From assembly GCA_028868375.1 (NCBI GenBank), contig JAGWUP010000009.1, forward strand, positions 32,538-96,537: a stretch of DNA of 64,000 bases, read 5' to 3'. The DNA is from Elusimicrobiota bacterium. Lineage in GTDB: Bacteria > Elusimicrobiota > Elusimicrobia > UBA1565 > UBA9628. Numbering within the stretch: the stretch's first letter is position 1; each line of letters opens with the position of its first letter. Below the pieces are notes generated by a model, which was given only the letters and a program-made list of their open reading frames with translations, was not told where the DNA came from and did not search any database. Positions 38,601 to 47,380 of the stretch are shown here, one piece after another. The translations under genes and the position numbers were made by a program.

Positions 38601-38822
38601 GGATTGCGCGAGGCTGTCGTCGACGCCGGCGCCGTCCGCTTTCGGCCGATGCTGCTGACCGCCGCGGCGGTGGCGGTGGGCGCCGGGGTGATCCTGTTCG
38701 ACCCCATCTTCCAGGGCCTGGCCATCTCCCTGATCGCCGGGGAAGCCGCCTCGACTCTCTTGTCGCGCACGGCCGTGCCGATCCTCTATTTCCTGCTCAA
38801 GCGCCGCCAGGAGGCCTCATGA
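35688..38822 (+). CDS. RND family efflux transporter permease (AcrB/CzcA superfamily)
   Basis: 1044 aa with 12 TM helices, two large periplasmic loops, and conserved VVENI and FDPIFQG-like motifs. ATGA overlap with the upstream TolC-like gene. No adaptor gene lies between them. Confidence 0.85.
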   Translation: MSGEGRRLGAAGALARAFVDSKLTLLLVLGSLLLGLFAILRLPREEEPQIDVPFFDIFVPFPGAGAKEVERRVVDVGERKLWEIPGVEYVYSTAQPGSALFIVRFKVGMDPDEAMTRVYTKVFSNLDLLPAGALPPLIKPRSIDDVPILALTLSGPGLDGLALRRAAATLREKISSAENVSDIEIIGGRRRQFSVRFSPEALARRRLTPERIAAIIRGSNARLSAGRIDEGMRSLDVETDSFIRTADDLRQVVLGVSAGRPIRLGEVAQVLDSVDETQHEVLLDGHPAVTLAVSKRRGSNATTVSREALARVAQARPELPPQLKIAVTRDYGRSAKEKSDELLFHMALATLSVALLIALALGPREAAVVLVAIPVTLSLTLLVYFLLGYTLNRITLFALIFSIGILVDDAIVVVENIHRHFAMADERPLSALAVEAVAEVGNPTILATWAVIAAILPMAFVGGLMGPYMRPIPVGASCAMLFSLAVAFVVSPWAFTRVLAVWKPNRDGCRGKEGRLDRLYRRGMRALLERPGLRRAYFAATALLLIGAGALVLAGKVVVKMLPFDNKDEFEVVLNLPEDASFAATRKASAEIAGYLKTIPEVRRVVSYVGASAPYNFNGLVRHYFLRRNPNQADIAVQLLPRSRRRRQSHEIARAARAPLSAIARRYGARLQVAEVPPGPPVLSTLVLELYGPRRRELARKVLALLQSAPGIVDVDTYEAGPQPLERLLVDRQKSALNAIAPARIAQAARQAVSGELVDLAHTEADKEPVEIRLRLPQARRHDLSALLRTSLISRSGSPLSIGALTSARRAFQDEPIDHKNLRSVSYVLADVSGPQESPIYAMLNLQPKIRALGVAQYFARQPSDSRQPALKWDGEWQITYEVFRDLGLAFLLALLLIYALVVAWFESFSIPLVIMAPIPLTLIGILPAHWLLGAFFTATSMIGFIAGAGIVVRNSIILVDFIELRRRQGVGLREAVVDAGAVRFRPMLLTAAAVAVGAGVILFDPIFQGLAISLIAGEAASTLLSRTAVPILYFLLKRRQEAS

Positions 38823-39004
38823 CCATCGAGCACCGCATCCGCTTCATCGCCGGGACCGCGATCCTGGCCAGCCTCGCGCTGGCCCATTGGGTCAGCCCCT
38901 ACTTCCTCTGGCTGACCGCCTTCGTCGGGGCCAATCTGCTGCAGTCCTCCATCACCAAATGGTGCCTGATGGAGGACATCCTGCGCGCCCTGGGCTATCG
39001 TTGA
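38819..39004 (+). CDS. DUF2892 (YgaP-like) small inner membrane protein
   Basis: 61 aa MTIEHRIRFIAGTAILASLALAHWVSPYFLWLTAFVGANLLQSSITKWCLMEDI, overlapping the RND stop. Confidence 0.55.
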   Translation: MTIEHRIRFIAGTAILASLALAHWVSPYFLWLTAFVGANLLQSSITKWCLMEDILRALGYR

Positions 39005-40995
39005 AGCGGCCGGGCCGGCTCGACCTCGTAGAGCTTGCGTCCTCCGCCTTGGTCCAGCAGCCGCAAGGGCCAGCGAGAGACGACCCGCAGCAGCGCCGGC
39101 GGCTGCTTGGGATCGACGAGCACGTAGCGGACCCTCGACTGGCGCAGCCAGCGCGAGGCGCGCGCGTCGCTCAGCACCGCCGCGGGCGCGGCTCCAGCCT
39201 GCGCGGCGACCAGCGCGGTCAGGAATGGGTCGCCCCGCATGGCGTCGTAAGTCAGTCGCGAGACCCGCGTCAGATAGCCTCCGACGATCGGCTTCTCGTG
39301 GATCATCTGGTAGATGGGGTCGAAAGCCCGTCCCATCCCTCCCTCGGCGGAGAGTCCGTTGAAGATCGCCCCCGCCGGAATGCGCAGCAGCGCCCCATAG
39401 GGCCTTTGGCGCAGCCGCGCGTAGAGGGGCGGCACGCTCAAGCCGATCATGCTGACCCTCGCGGCGCTCTCGAAGGCCAGCAGGCCCAGCGTCACGGCCA
39501 GCAGCGCCGCGCGCTCGCGCGAGGGCAGGCGGCCGCGCAGGCGGTCGTAGGCCGCAGCGAAGATCAGGCAGAGAAACAACATGATGAAGACATGGAAGCG
39601 CATCCCCGTTTGCATGCCGTCGAAAAACGGCAGCAGATGGGCGAAATAAAACGGCATCGGCAGGTAGGTGTCGACGCCGAAGATTTTGATCCAGGGCCCC
39701 AGGGTCATCGCGAAACTGAAGGCCGCGGCCGCGTACCACAGCCGCACCTGCCGCCGCTCCGGCTTCTGGCGCCACAGCCACCAGGCCGCCAGCAGCGGCA
39801 AGAAGCCAAGAGAAGAGCCGCTGTAGGAGGCGCCGGCGGGCCCCCCCATGGGCACATAGCCCAGATGGAGCCAGGCGCCGAGGCGCCGGACCGCGCCGCC
39901 CCACAACGGATTGTAATAGCCGGGCAAGAACATCCAAGCGATCTCGGTGGCGTTTCCGCCGCCGCGCCAGGGGCTCAGCGGGGCGGCCAGATCGCCGTTG
40001 CGCCAAAAATGCAGCACGCAGACGATGAAGGGCAGGTTCATCGCCGCGTAGATCGAGATCAAGGCGACATACGGCGAGAGGCTAGGCCACGAGAAGGCGG
40101 CGCGCTTAAGACGCAAGCGCGGCTTGTAGCGGACGGCCAGAGCCGCCAGCGCGCAGCCCCAGAAGCCGGCGTAGGGAGCGACATAGCGCAGCAACTCCAG
40201 GGCGCCGCCGCGGCCATGAAACTGCCGCTGGCCGCTCCTCCAGGCCAGCCAGGCGCAGGCGGCCGCCGCCAGCGCCAGGACAGCCAGCGCCGCGCGCGCC
40301 GGCCCAGAGGACGCCCGTCGCTGCGCCGAAGCCGACAGCGGCCGCTCGTTCCAAAAGTAAAGGAAGGCGATGAGCAGCAGGCAGAACATGAAGTAGTAGT
40401 AGTTCGACAGCCAGACCCAGGTCAGGCACAGGGCCGCCAGCGCCGCGTCGCGCAAGGCGCGCGTGCGCAGGGCGCGCGTCAGGGTCCAGACGAAGAACGG
40501 CAGCACGTGCAGGCAGCTGTAGTCGAGGCAGGAGATCGCCTCCAGCACCCGGATGCTGCCCGGGCCGAAGGCGAAAAGCCCTCCCGCCAGCAGGCTCGCC
40601 GGCCAGCTTAAGCCATTGTCGCGGCAGAGCAACAGCGTCCCCCAGCCGGCCAGAACCAGCGAGAAGAGGCTGATCGCGTTATAGGTCGCGGTCATCCCCC
40701 AGCGCGGCAGCAAGAAGTAGCCGATGGCGTCGTAGAACAGTGTGTCGTGGTGCAGCAGGAGGTTGGCGCCGTAGGGCCAGTATTGATAGTCGGTCCAGAG
40801 CAGATTGCCGCCGAAGCGCAGGGCATGGCGGAAGTACCAGATGTTCCAGGCTCCGGTCGTTATGTCGCCGTTGCCCAGGTACATGCTGGAAAAATGCCGG
40901 GCCAAGGGCCACGTGAAGGCGACGGCCAGCAGCGCGTAGGCGGCCAGGGCGGCCAGGTGGCGCGACGACTCGGCGAGGGACGCTCGAAATCTCAC
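38995..40995 (-). CDS. polytopic GT-C-like membrane glycosyltransferase (ArnT/PMT/YfhO-like), putative
   Basis: GTG start overlapping the GT2 stop (GTGA). About 12 TM helices plus a C-terminal periplasmic domain, in a GT2 + epimerase operon context. Confidence 0.5.
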   Translation of the reverse strand: MRFRASLAESSRHLAALAAYALLAVAFTWPLARHFSSMYLGNGDITTGAWNIWYFRHALRFGGNLLWTDYQYWPYGANLLLHHDTLFYDAIGYFLLPRWGMTATYNAISLFSLVLAGWGTLLLCRDNGLSWPASLLAGGLFAFGPGSIRVLEAISCLDYSCLHVLPFFVWTLTRALRTRALRDAALAALCLTWVWLSNYYYFMFCLLLIAFLYFWNERPLSASAQRRASSGPARAALAVLALAAAACAWLAWRSGQRQFHGRGGALELLRYVAPYAGFWGCALAALAVRYKPRLRLKRAAFSWPSLSPYVALISIYAAMNLPFIVCVLHFWRNGDLAAPLSPWRGGGNATEIAWMFLPGYYNPLWGGAVRRLGAWLHLGYVPMGGPAGASYSGSSLGFLPLLAAWWLWRQKPERRQVRLWYAAAAFSFAMTLGPWIKIFGVDTYLPMPFYFAHLLPFFDGMQTGMRFHVFIMLFLCLIFAAAYDRLRGRLPSRERAALLAVTLGLLAFESAARVSMIGLSVPPLYARLRQRPYGALLRIPAGAIFNGLSAEGGMGRAFDPIYQMIHEKPIVGGYLTRVSRLTYDAMRGDPFLTALVAAQAGAAPAAVLSDARASRWLRQSRVRYVLVDPKQPPALLRVVSRWPLRLLDQGGGRKLYEVEPARPLQR

Positions 40996-41711
40996 GCGGA
41001 GCGGAACAGGCGCCAGTATTCGGCCAGATTCGCGAGGACCTTCATGCTGCTGGCGCCGCGCTTGAGATCGTAGCGGTAGACCATGGGGACCTCGCCGCAG
41101 CGGACCGGTCCCGCGCGCTGGACCTTCAGCAGGATCTCGCAGTTGGCGCAAAAGCCCCGGCGCTCGATGAAGCGCGGCCCGCAGCGCGCCAGCGCGCGCT
41201 TCAAGACCTCCGCCCGATAGGCCCGACAGAAGAGGGTGTAGTCCTTGACCCCCGGAATCCCGATGATCCAGCGCGCGGCCAGGTTGGCGCCCAAGCTTAG
41301 AATCCGGCGCTTGAGGGGAAAGCCCACGTAGGCCCCGCCGCGGGCGTAGCGGGAGGCGCAGACGACGTCGCAGCCTTGGCGGAGGCGCTCGATCATGCTC
41401 GGGACGCAGGCGGGATCGTTGGTCATGTCCCCCTCGAGGGTGACCACGATGTCGTCGTCCGAGGCTTCGGCGCAGGCCCGGCGCAGGCCGGTGTCGAAGG
41501 CCCGGCCGACGCCCTGGTTGACCGGATGGCCGAGCAGGGTCACCGGCAGAGACCGGGCGGCCTGCCGCGCCGCCGCGGCGGTGCCGTCGCGCGAGCCGTC
41601 ATCGACCACGAGAAATCGGTGGGGCTCTCCCGCCAAGCGCTCCTCAAGCGCCCGCAGCAAGCCGGGCAGGGCCGCCTCCTCGTTGTAAGCCAGGATGACG
41701 GCGAAGATCAT
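40992..41711 (-). CDS. family 2 glycosyltransferase, polyprenyl-phosphate sugar synthase-like (DPM1/ArnC/GtrB-like)
   Basis: IFAVILAYNEE, VVDDGSRDGT and DxD-like TLEGDMTNDP motifs. ATGA overlap with the epimerase gene. Confidence 0.8.
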   Translation of the reverse strand: MIFAVILAYNEEAALPGLLRALEERLAGEPHRFLVVDDGSRDGTAAAARQAARSLPVTLLGHPVNQGVGRAFDTGLRRACAEASDDDIVVTLEGDMTNDPACVPSMIERLRQGCDVVCASRYARGGAYVGFPLKRRILSLGANLAARWIIGIPGVKDYTLFCRAYRAEVLKRALARCGPRFIERRGFCANCEILLKVQRAGPVRCGEVPMVYRYDLKRGASSMKVLANLAEYWRLFRSA

Positions 41712-42745
41712 CGCCGCGAAGCGGCGACGCGCGGGGCAAGCCAGCGCCACAGCCGCTCCAACCCGCGCTCAAGCCCGATCTCGGGGCGCCAGCCCAGGAG
41801 CCTCGCGGCCTTGGAGACGTCGGAGACGTAGACCTTCTGATCCCCCGGCCGCCACTCGCGAAAGCTCAGGGGCGGCTTGACGCCGTGGCGCAGCCGCATC
41901 CAGTCCAGCAGCTCCAGCAGAGAAAGGGTGCGCCCCGGCCCGCCGCCGGCGTTGAAGACCTGGCCGGAGCAGGCGGCGGAGCGCTGCCAGGCGCGGTCGT
42001 AGAGCGCAAGCAGGTCGTCGACATCGAGCGCGTCGCGGACCTGCTTGCCGTCGCCGTAGACGACGATGGGGAGCCCGCCCTGCGCGGCGATCATGAACCA
42101 CGCCACCCAGCCCTGGTCCGTCTCGCCGTACTGCCAGGGCCCGTAGATGCAGGACTGGCGAAAGACCACCGTCGAGAGGCCGTAGACGCGGGCGTAGTCG
42201 CGCACGTACTGGTCGGCCGCTCCCTTCGAGCAGCCGTAGGGGGAATGGAAATCGAGCGGGGCGCTCTCGTCGATGCCGCCGCGCGGCCGCCGCAGGGCGT
42301 AGCGGGTACGGCCCTCGACGAGGGCGGTTTTTAGCCCGCCCAGCTCTCCGTAGACCTTGTTGGTCGAGGCGAAGATCACGAAGGCCTTCGGGCTTAGGCG
42401 GCGGACGGCCTCCAGCAAGTTCAGGGTCCCGCGGGCGTTGATATCGAAGTCGGGCTCCGGATCGGCGACGGAGGCGGTGACGGCGACCTGGGCCGCGAGA
42501 TGGACGACCAGATCGAAGGGGCCGTGCCGGTTAAAGAGGGCGCGCAGGGCCGCCGCGTCCCGGATGTCTCCGCGCACCAGGCGGGTCCGGGGAGGCGGGG
42601 AGCGCCGGAACTCGGCCAAGTTGCGGCGCGCCGTGCCGCGGGAGACGTCGTCGAAGAGGATCACCGAGCGGCCGCGGCGGGAGTGGCGCAAGGCCGCGTT
42701 GTAGCCCACGAAGCCCAATCCCCCGGTAATCAGGCACTTTTTCAT
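41708..42745 (-). CDS. NAD-dependent epimerase/dehydratase (SDR family)
   Basis: Rossmann motif ITGGLGFVGYN and a catalytic YGCSK (YxxxK). Confidence 0.85.
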   Translation of the reverse strand: MKKCLITGGLGFVGYNAALRHSRRGRSVILFDDVSRGTARRNLAEFRRSPPPRTRLVRGDIRDAAALRALFNRHGPFDLVVHLAAQVAVTASVADPEPDFDINARGTLNLLEAVRRLSPKAFVIFASTNKVYGELGGLKTALVEGRTRYALRRPRGGIDESAPLDFHSPYGCSKGAADQYVRDYARVYGLSTVVFRQSCIYGPWQYGETDQGWVAWFMIAAQGGLPIVVYGDGKQVRDALDVDDLLALYDRAWQRSAACSGQVFNAGGGPGRTLSLLELLDWMRLRHGVKPPLSFREWRPGDQKVYVSDVSKAARLLGWRPEIGLERGLERLWRWLAPRVAASRR

Positions 42746-42782
42746 GGACGCCCAATGTAACAAATTTAGCTAGAATCCGCCC

Positions 42783-44042
42783 ATGAAGTCACTCCTGCTC
42801 GCCGCGTCCTTGGCGGCCGGCGCGCTGGCCTCGCCGATCGCGCGTCACTTCAAGAGCGGCTGGACCAAGATCGAAGCCGGCGCGCTGCCCCCGGCGCCGA
42901 CGGTCCACGGCCTCAGGACAGACCTGGGTCAACCGGCGAGAGCAGCCTACAACGTCGTCACGCATATCTATTTGACCCGCCAGGCCTACCGCCTCTACGC
43001 CAGCCGCTACGACTGCGGAGAGCTGGCCCGCTACATCGGCGGCATCCAAGCCAATCGCCCCTCCACGGACGAGCCGACCAACGTGATCGCCGGCTCCTAC
43101 GATGAGGACATCCCCTTTGAAAACCCTTGGAGCCAGCTAGTCCCGGAATTGCGGCACTTCTGGGACTACCGCAAGGGGCGCACGGAAGGCTTCGCCGGCT
43201 ACGACAGCTCGGTCGACAGGGCCTACAAGTATTTCACCGGCGGCTTCGGCTACAACGGCAGGTACGATGACGGCTGGTCGCACGGCGGGCAAAGGGGCGC
43301 GGGCGCCGTCGCCCTCTATAAGAGCGGGAACAAGGCCCTGGCCTTCTGGTATCTCGGCCATGCGAGCCACCTGCTCGAGGACCTGAGCGTGCCCGCGCAC
43401 GCGCTGCTCTGGCCGCACCCCGTTCGCGGGGTGGACGCCTACGAGACCTTCATCGGCAAGCGCGTCTCCGGCTGGCCGGCGCTGGACGGGGAGCCGGTCG
43501 AGCGCTTCAACACCCTCTACGACCTCTTCCTGCGCACCGGTCAAGTCTCGGCCGGATTCGACGCCGGCTACGGGCCGGGGCCGATGGAAGGCGTCGACGG
43601 CACCAGGGACCGCGGCCGGCGGCGCGCGGAGGGCTTCCCGCGGCCGGCCCTCCTCCAGGAGGAGTCCGTCCTCATCCCCCTGGCCATCCGCAGGATCGCC
43701 GCCCTCTTCCGGCTTTTCTACGCCCAAGTCGATCATGCTCCGCCGACGGTCTCCCTGCGGGTGCTGCGCCGAGGCCGCCGCGCGCGGCTGACCGCCCTGG
43801 CGCGCGATGCGCAAAGCGGGGTCGATCGCCGCGGCTTCCGCTTTCAATACCGACTGCTCGGGACAAGACCTTGGCGGGAAGCCTCCGCGGGGCCCACGGG
43901 GCCGGTCAGGTATTTGCCGTTGCGGCCGCAAGCCGCCTACGCCTTCCGCGTCCGGGCCGTCGACTCCGTCGGCAACGCCGCCTACTCGCCGATCGTCGTT
44001 TCCTTGCCCCGAACGAGGCCCGCGCTGCTGGCCGTACGCTGA
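42783..44042 (+). CDS. secreted protein with zinc-dependent phospholipase C/S1-P1 nuclease-like N-domain and C-terminal Ig/FN3-like domain, putative
   Basis: Signal peptide MKSLLLAASLAAGALASP, an HASHLLEDLSVPAHA His/Asp metal-site-like segment, and a C-terminal beta-rich domain. Confidence 0.35.
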   Translation: MKSLLLAASLAAGALASPIARHFKSGWTKIEAGALPPAPTVHGLRTDLGQPARAAYNVVTHIYLTRQAYRLYASRYDCGELARYIGGIQANRPSTDEPTNVIAGSYDEDIPFENPWSQLVPELRHFWDYRKGRTEGFAGYDSSVDRAYKYFTGGFGYNGRYDDGWSHGGQRGAGAVALYKSGNKALAFWYLGHASHLLEDLSVPAHALLWPHPVRGVDAYETFIGKRVSGWPALDGEPVERFNTLYDLFLRTGQVSAGFDAGYGPGPMEGVDGTRDRGRRRAEGFPRPALLQEESVLIPLAIRRIAALFRLFYAQVDHAPPTVSLRVLRRGRRARLTALARDAQSGVDRRGFRFQYRLLGTRPWREASAGPTGPVRYLPLRPQAAYAFRVRAVDSVGNAAYSPIVVSLPRTRPALLAVR

Positions 44043-44046
44043 CGAG

Positions 44047-45192
44047 CTACTCCGAGCGGGGCAGGCTGACGACGAACTCGCCGCCGCGCCCGGGCCTGGA
44101 GCGGGCGGCGATGGAACCGCCCATCAGCTCCAGGGCTTGCCGGCAGAAAGCCAATCCCAGGCTGGCGCCGCAGCGAGTCTCCCCAAGCTGCGCCTCAGCC
44201 CCGCGATAACGCTCGAAGAGACTAGGCAGATCCTCCTTGGGAACGCCGCGACCTGAATCCCGGAAGGACAGGGAGACGGCGGCCCCGGAAGCGGCGGCCT
44301 CGATTCGCGCGCTCCCCGAGACGGGCGAGAACTTGATGGCGTTGTTGAGAAGGTTCTCGACGACTCGCCGCAGCAGCGCCGCGTCGGCCCTGGCGCTCAA
44401 ACCGGAGGGCACGGCGAGGCTGACGGAAATCTTGCGCGAGGAGGCCAGCGGGGCCTGGGCCTCGGCCACGGAGCGCACCAGGGGCTCCAGCTCGACGTCC
44501 TCGACGGACACCGCCACCTCCTTGGCGTCCAGGCGCGAGACCTCCAGATAGAGGTCTAAAAGCTCCATCATCCTCCGGCAACTCGACAAGCCGGCCGCAA
44601 TGATTTTGCGCTCGTCCGAGGAGCCCGTGGCGCGCTCCTCTTGCAGCAGCAGCAAACTGGAGTATACGCTGCTCAACGGCGCGCGCAAGTCATGGGCGAC
44701 CATCCCGCGCCAGCCCGCGCGGCGGCGCTCCAGCTCCAGCGCCGAGGCCGCGTCCTCGATGAAAACCAGATGGACCTCCTCGAGGCCGCCCCGCTTCCCA
44801 GGCAAGCCGGCGCGCAGGCAGCGCACGCGCAGGTCGCGCCAACGCTGCGCGCGCTCGACGTGGTCGTCGCGCCAGTTGAACTCAGAGCGGGGACCATGGC
44901 GCCCGGAAAAGGTGACGGCTCTCTCTTGACGCTCGGCGGCCGCTCGGCGCAGCGGGCAGTCACGGATGGGGATGGAAAGGCCGTTCTCCCCCTCCAGCCT
45001 GCCGCAAAGCGTCTCGCAGATATTGGCCAGTCCTCGCGCGGAGGTGTCCGCCAACAATCGGACGGCCGCCCTATTCGCGTAGATGACCTTGCCGGAGGCG
45101 TCCGCCACGCAGACTCCATCCTCGACCTGTTCGAAGAGGGCGAACAGGCCGCCCCATTGCTGCCAGCCCGTCTCGGTCCCGGCATTCTCCAT
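44047..45192 (-). CDS. PAS-domain sensor histidine kinase (soluble)
   Basis: PAS (GVCVADASGKVIYANRAAVRLL), H-box MVAHDLRAPL and HATPase_c (NLLNNAIKF, DSGRGV, GASLGL). Confidence 0.8.
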   Translation of the reverse strand: MENAGTETGWQQWGGLFALFEQVEDGVCVADASGKVIYANRAAVRLLADTSARGLANICETLCGRLEGENGLSIPIRDCPLRRAAAERQERAVTFSGRHGPRSEFNWRDDHVERAQRWRDLRVRCLRAGLPGKRGGLEEVHLVFIEDAASALELERRRAGWRGMVAHDLRAPLSSVYSSLLLLQEERATGSSDERKIIAAGLSSCRRMMELLDLYLEVSRLDAKEVAVSVEDVELEPLVRSVAEAQAPLASSRKISVSLAVPSGLSARADAALLRRVVENLLNNAIKFSPVSGSARIEAAASGAAVSLSFRDSGRGVPKEDLPSLFERYRGAEAQLGETRCGASLGLAFCRQALELMGGSIAARSRPGRGGEFVVSLPRSE

Positions 45193-45286
45193 GCGGACGT
45201 CTTTAGGCCCGCAACGCAAAGACCAGCGCTCCGGCCGCAAGCCGGAGCGCCGACGCTGGCTGACGCCCAAGCCGGCTGGCGCCGGC

Positions 45287-46675
45287 TTAGAACATGAACT
45301 GGAACAGCATCCGAGCCTCCACCACCGTTCGCCGGGCCGTTCCGTTGCCTTTGGTGGCCAGCACCGAATTCTGCGTCGTGGCGGTCGGATCGGGGAAGGC
45401 GTAGGCGCCCAGGGGGGTCGGGGCCGCCTCGGTGCCCTTGCCGATGTTGTCGTACCAGATGGGGCAGTTCAGCGTCACCGGGAGGTCGGCGACGATCTTC
45501 ATGTGATTGCCCCGGAAATGCCAGCTTAGGGACGGCGTGATCTCGTGGATCGCCGTGCCGAGATCATTGTTGACCACCGGTCCCAGGATCTGCGGAGGGC
45601 CGGCCTTGGCCGTGCTCAGGAACCCAGACTTGGTGTCCATGGACAGGACCGCGTAGCGCAGCCCCACCGCGAAGCGGCCGACTCTATAGTCGCCCTGGAC
45701 CCTGGCGTTCGCCAGATGGATGACGCCGTAGCGGTTCTGATAGCCGCCCCAGTTGGCCTCGATCTCCCCCTCCAGGGCCGAGCCGACGCCCAGGGGGTGG
45801 CGCAGGACGGCATCCCCGCCCAGCCAGTAGAGGTTGCCGCGCTGCATGTTCGCCGTGTTAGCCGCCGTGTCTCCGGGGCCCGCGCCGATGTAGGGGTTGA
45901 AGCCGGAATCGACCAGCAGGTTCTTGTCGATGGTCCGGACCTGGAGGGCCGAGGAATGGCCGATCAAGGTGTCCTGCATGTAGATGGCGTCGAAGTAAGC
46001 CGCCTTGGTCGTGCGCGTCAGATGGTCGTCGGTGCCGACGACGTGGTAGATGTCCTCGTCGACGCCGTCGTTGTAGCCGAAGCGCGCGGCCAAGTACGGC
46101 ACGCCCAGACGCTCCGGCAGGAAGCGCTGCGGCACGTCCCGCCCGCCGGAGGAAAACGTGCCGAGCGTCCCGGTCCACTTGCCGCTGGCGGCCAGCAAAG
46201 CCAAGCCGTAGTCCCGGCTCTGGTAGGAGCCGAGGTTGGCGATCGAGCGGGAGGTGAAGAGGGCGTAGCCCTGATCGGTCAAGCCCTCGCGGCTGTAGGG
46301 AACCCGAAACTGGCCGATCTTCAGGATCGTGCCCTTCGGGCCGAAGTCCAAGGGGACGTCGGCCACGAAATCCAGCAGCGAGAGGTCGGTGTTGCTGCCG
46401 TTGGCGTCCTCGCCGCCGAAGGCGAACTGCGCGTCGTAGCGGAAGGCGTCCTCGTAATGCCCCTTGAAGCCGATGCGGGCCTGCTTCTGGAACAGATAGA
46501 GCCGGTTATGGTCTCGGTAGGGGTCGGGAACGTTCTCGAGCACGCCCAACATCTGCTCGCGCCCGTAGACGTCGAGGCCGAAGGCGTCATTGTTTACGAT
46601 CTCGACCGCCTGGGCCGGCAGGATCAAGGCGAGAAGCGCGGCCAGCGCCAGCCACGGCCATTTTTTTGTGATCAT
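45287..46675 (-). CDS. outer membrane porin (OprO/OprP-like beta-barrel), putative
   Basis: Signal peptide MITKKWPWLALAALLALILPAQA, alternating beta-strand pattern, and a C-terminal Phe (MLFQFMF). Confidence 0.6.
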   Translation of the reverse strand: MITKKWPWLALAALLALILPAQAVEIVNNDAFGLDVYGREQMLGVLENVPDPYRDHNRLYLFQKQARIGFKGHYEDAFRYDAQFAFGGEDANGSNTDLSLLDFVADVPLDFGPKGTILKIGQFRVPYSREGLTDQGYALFTSRSIANLGSYQSRDYGLALLAASGKWTGTLGTFSSGGRDVPQRFLPERLGVPYLAARFGYNDGVDEDIYHVVGTDDHLTRTTKAAYFDAIYMQDTLIGHSSALQVRTIDKNLLVDSGFNPYIGAGPGDTAANTANMQRGNLYWLGGDAVLRHPLGVGSALEGEIEANWGGYQNRYGVIHLANARVQGDYRVGRFAVGLRYAVLSMDTKSGFLSTAKAGPPQILGPVVNNDLGTAIHEITPSLSWHFRGNHMKIVADLPVTLNCPIWYDNIGKGTEAAPTPLGAYAFPDPTATTQNSVLATKGNGTARRTVVEARMLFQFMF

Positions 46676-47301
46676 GATTTTTTCTCCTTGTCGGAATGCG
46701 CCTTCTCCAGAACCAGATGAAACCGGATGACGACCCGGTCCGCTGTCTTGATCGCGCCGAAGGCCAAGCGCGGCGGCCGCACGCCGAAATCGGTCATGAG
46801 CAGAGGCTGTTGACCGTCGATGATGATGCGACCCTCTTTAAAGGAAAGCGCGGCCTCGATTCGCTCCGGCCGCGTCCGGCCCGCCACGGACAGCTCGCCG
46901 TAGGCCGTTACCGTCGCCGCACCGCTCTCAAGCCGCCCGGCGACGCTGTAGCGATCCATCGCGAACACGATCTCCGGAAAGCGCTCAGCCTTGAGCGCCC
47001 GGGCCATGTTTTTATCGAGCAAGCGATGCGGCGAGCGCAGGGCGGCGACCGGGATGCTCAGCGTCAGGCGCGCGGGAAGCTCGGAGACGACGGCAGAGGA
47101 CAACGATTCCAGGGAAGAAGCGCTCGAAAAGACCAGCTCTAAATCGCTGAAGGTCGCCTGGCTCTCGTAGGCGTGCAGGGTGGACTCCCCCTCCAGCCAA
47201 ATCTTGCTGCCCTCCGCCAGCCCGGCTTGAAAGGCGGCCTGAGCCGCCGGAACCAGGATGATGGCCAAAGAAACGATAACGAATTGGATTATCTTTTTCA
47301 T
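46672..47301 (-). CDS. YceI-family periplasmic protein
   Basis: Signal peptide, YceI-like length and motifs. ATGA overlap with the porin gene. Confidence 0.65.
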   Translation of the reverse strand: MKKIIQFVIVSLAIILVPAAQAAFQAGLAEGSKIWLEGESTLHAYESQATFSDLELVFSSASSLESLSSAVVSELPARLTLSIPVAALRSPHRLLDKNMARALKAERFPEIVFAMDRYSVAGRLESGAATVTAYGELSVAGRTRPERIEAALSFKEGRIIIDGQQPLLMTDFGVRPPRLAFGAIKTADRVVIRFHLVLEKAHSDKEKKS

Positions 47302-47328
47302 CTTATTTTAATCTGGCTAATTTGATTA

Positions 47329-47344
47329 ATGCAACAAAATAGCC
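47329..47344 (-). promoter_or_regulatory. sigma-54 (-24/-12) promoter TGGCTattttgTTGCA upstream of yceI-porin operon
   Basis: Perfect GG-N10-GC spacing in an AT-rich intergenic region, about 28 nt upstream of the yceI ATG. Confidence 0.55.
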
Positions 47345-47380
47345 AAAACAATAAGACGACTTACTTTCGCTAGCCTTGAA

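Noticed and set aside
38887-40611. 574-aa plus-strand ORF
   Set aside because: It is antisense to the polytopic GT-C-like membrane protein. Its low-complexity Arg/Gln/Gly-rich translation marks it as an artefact.
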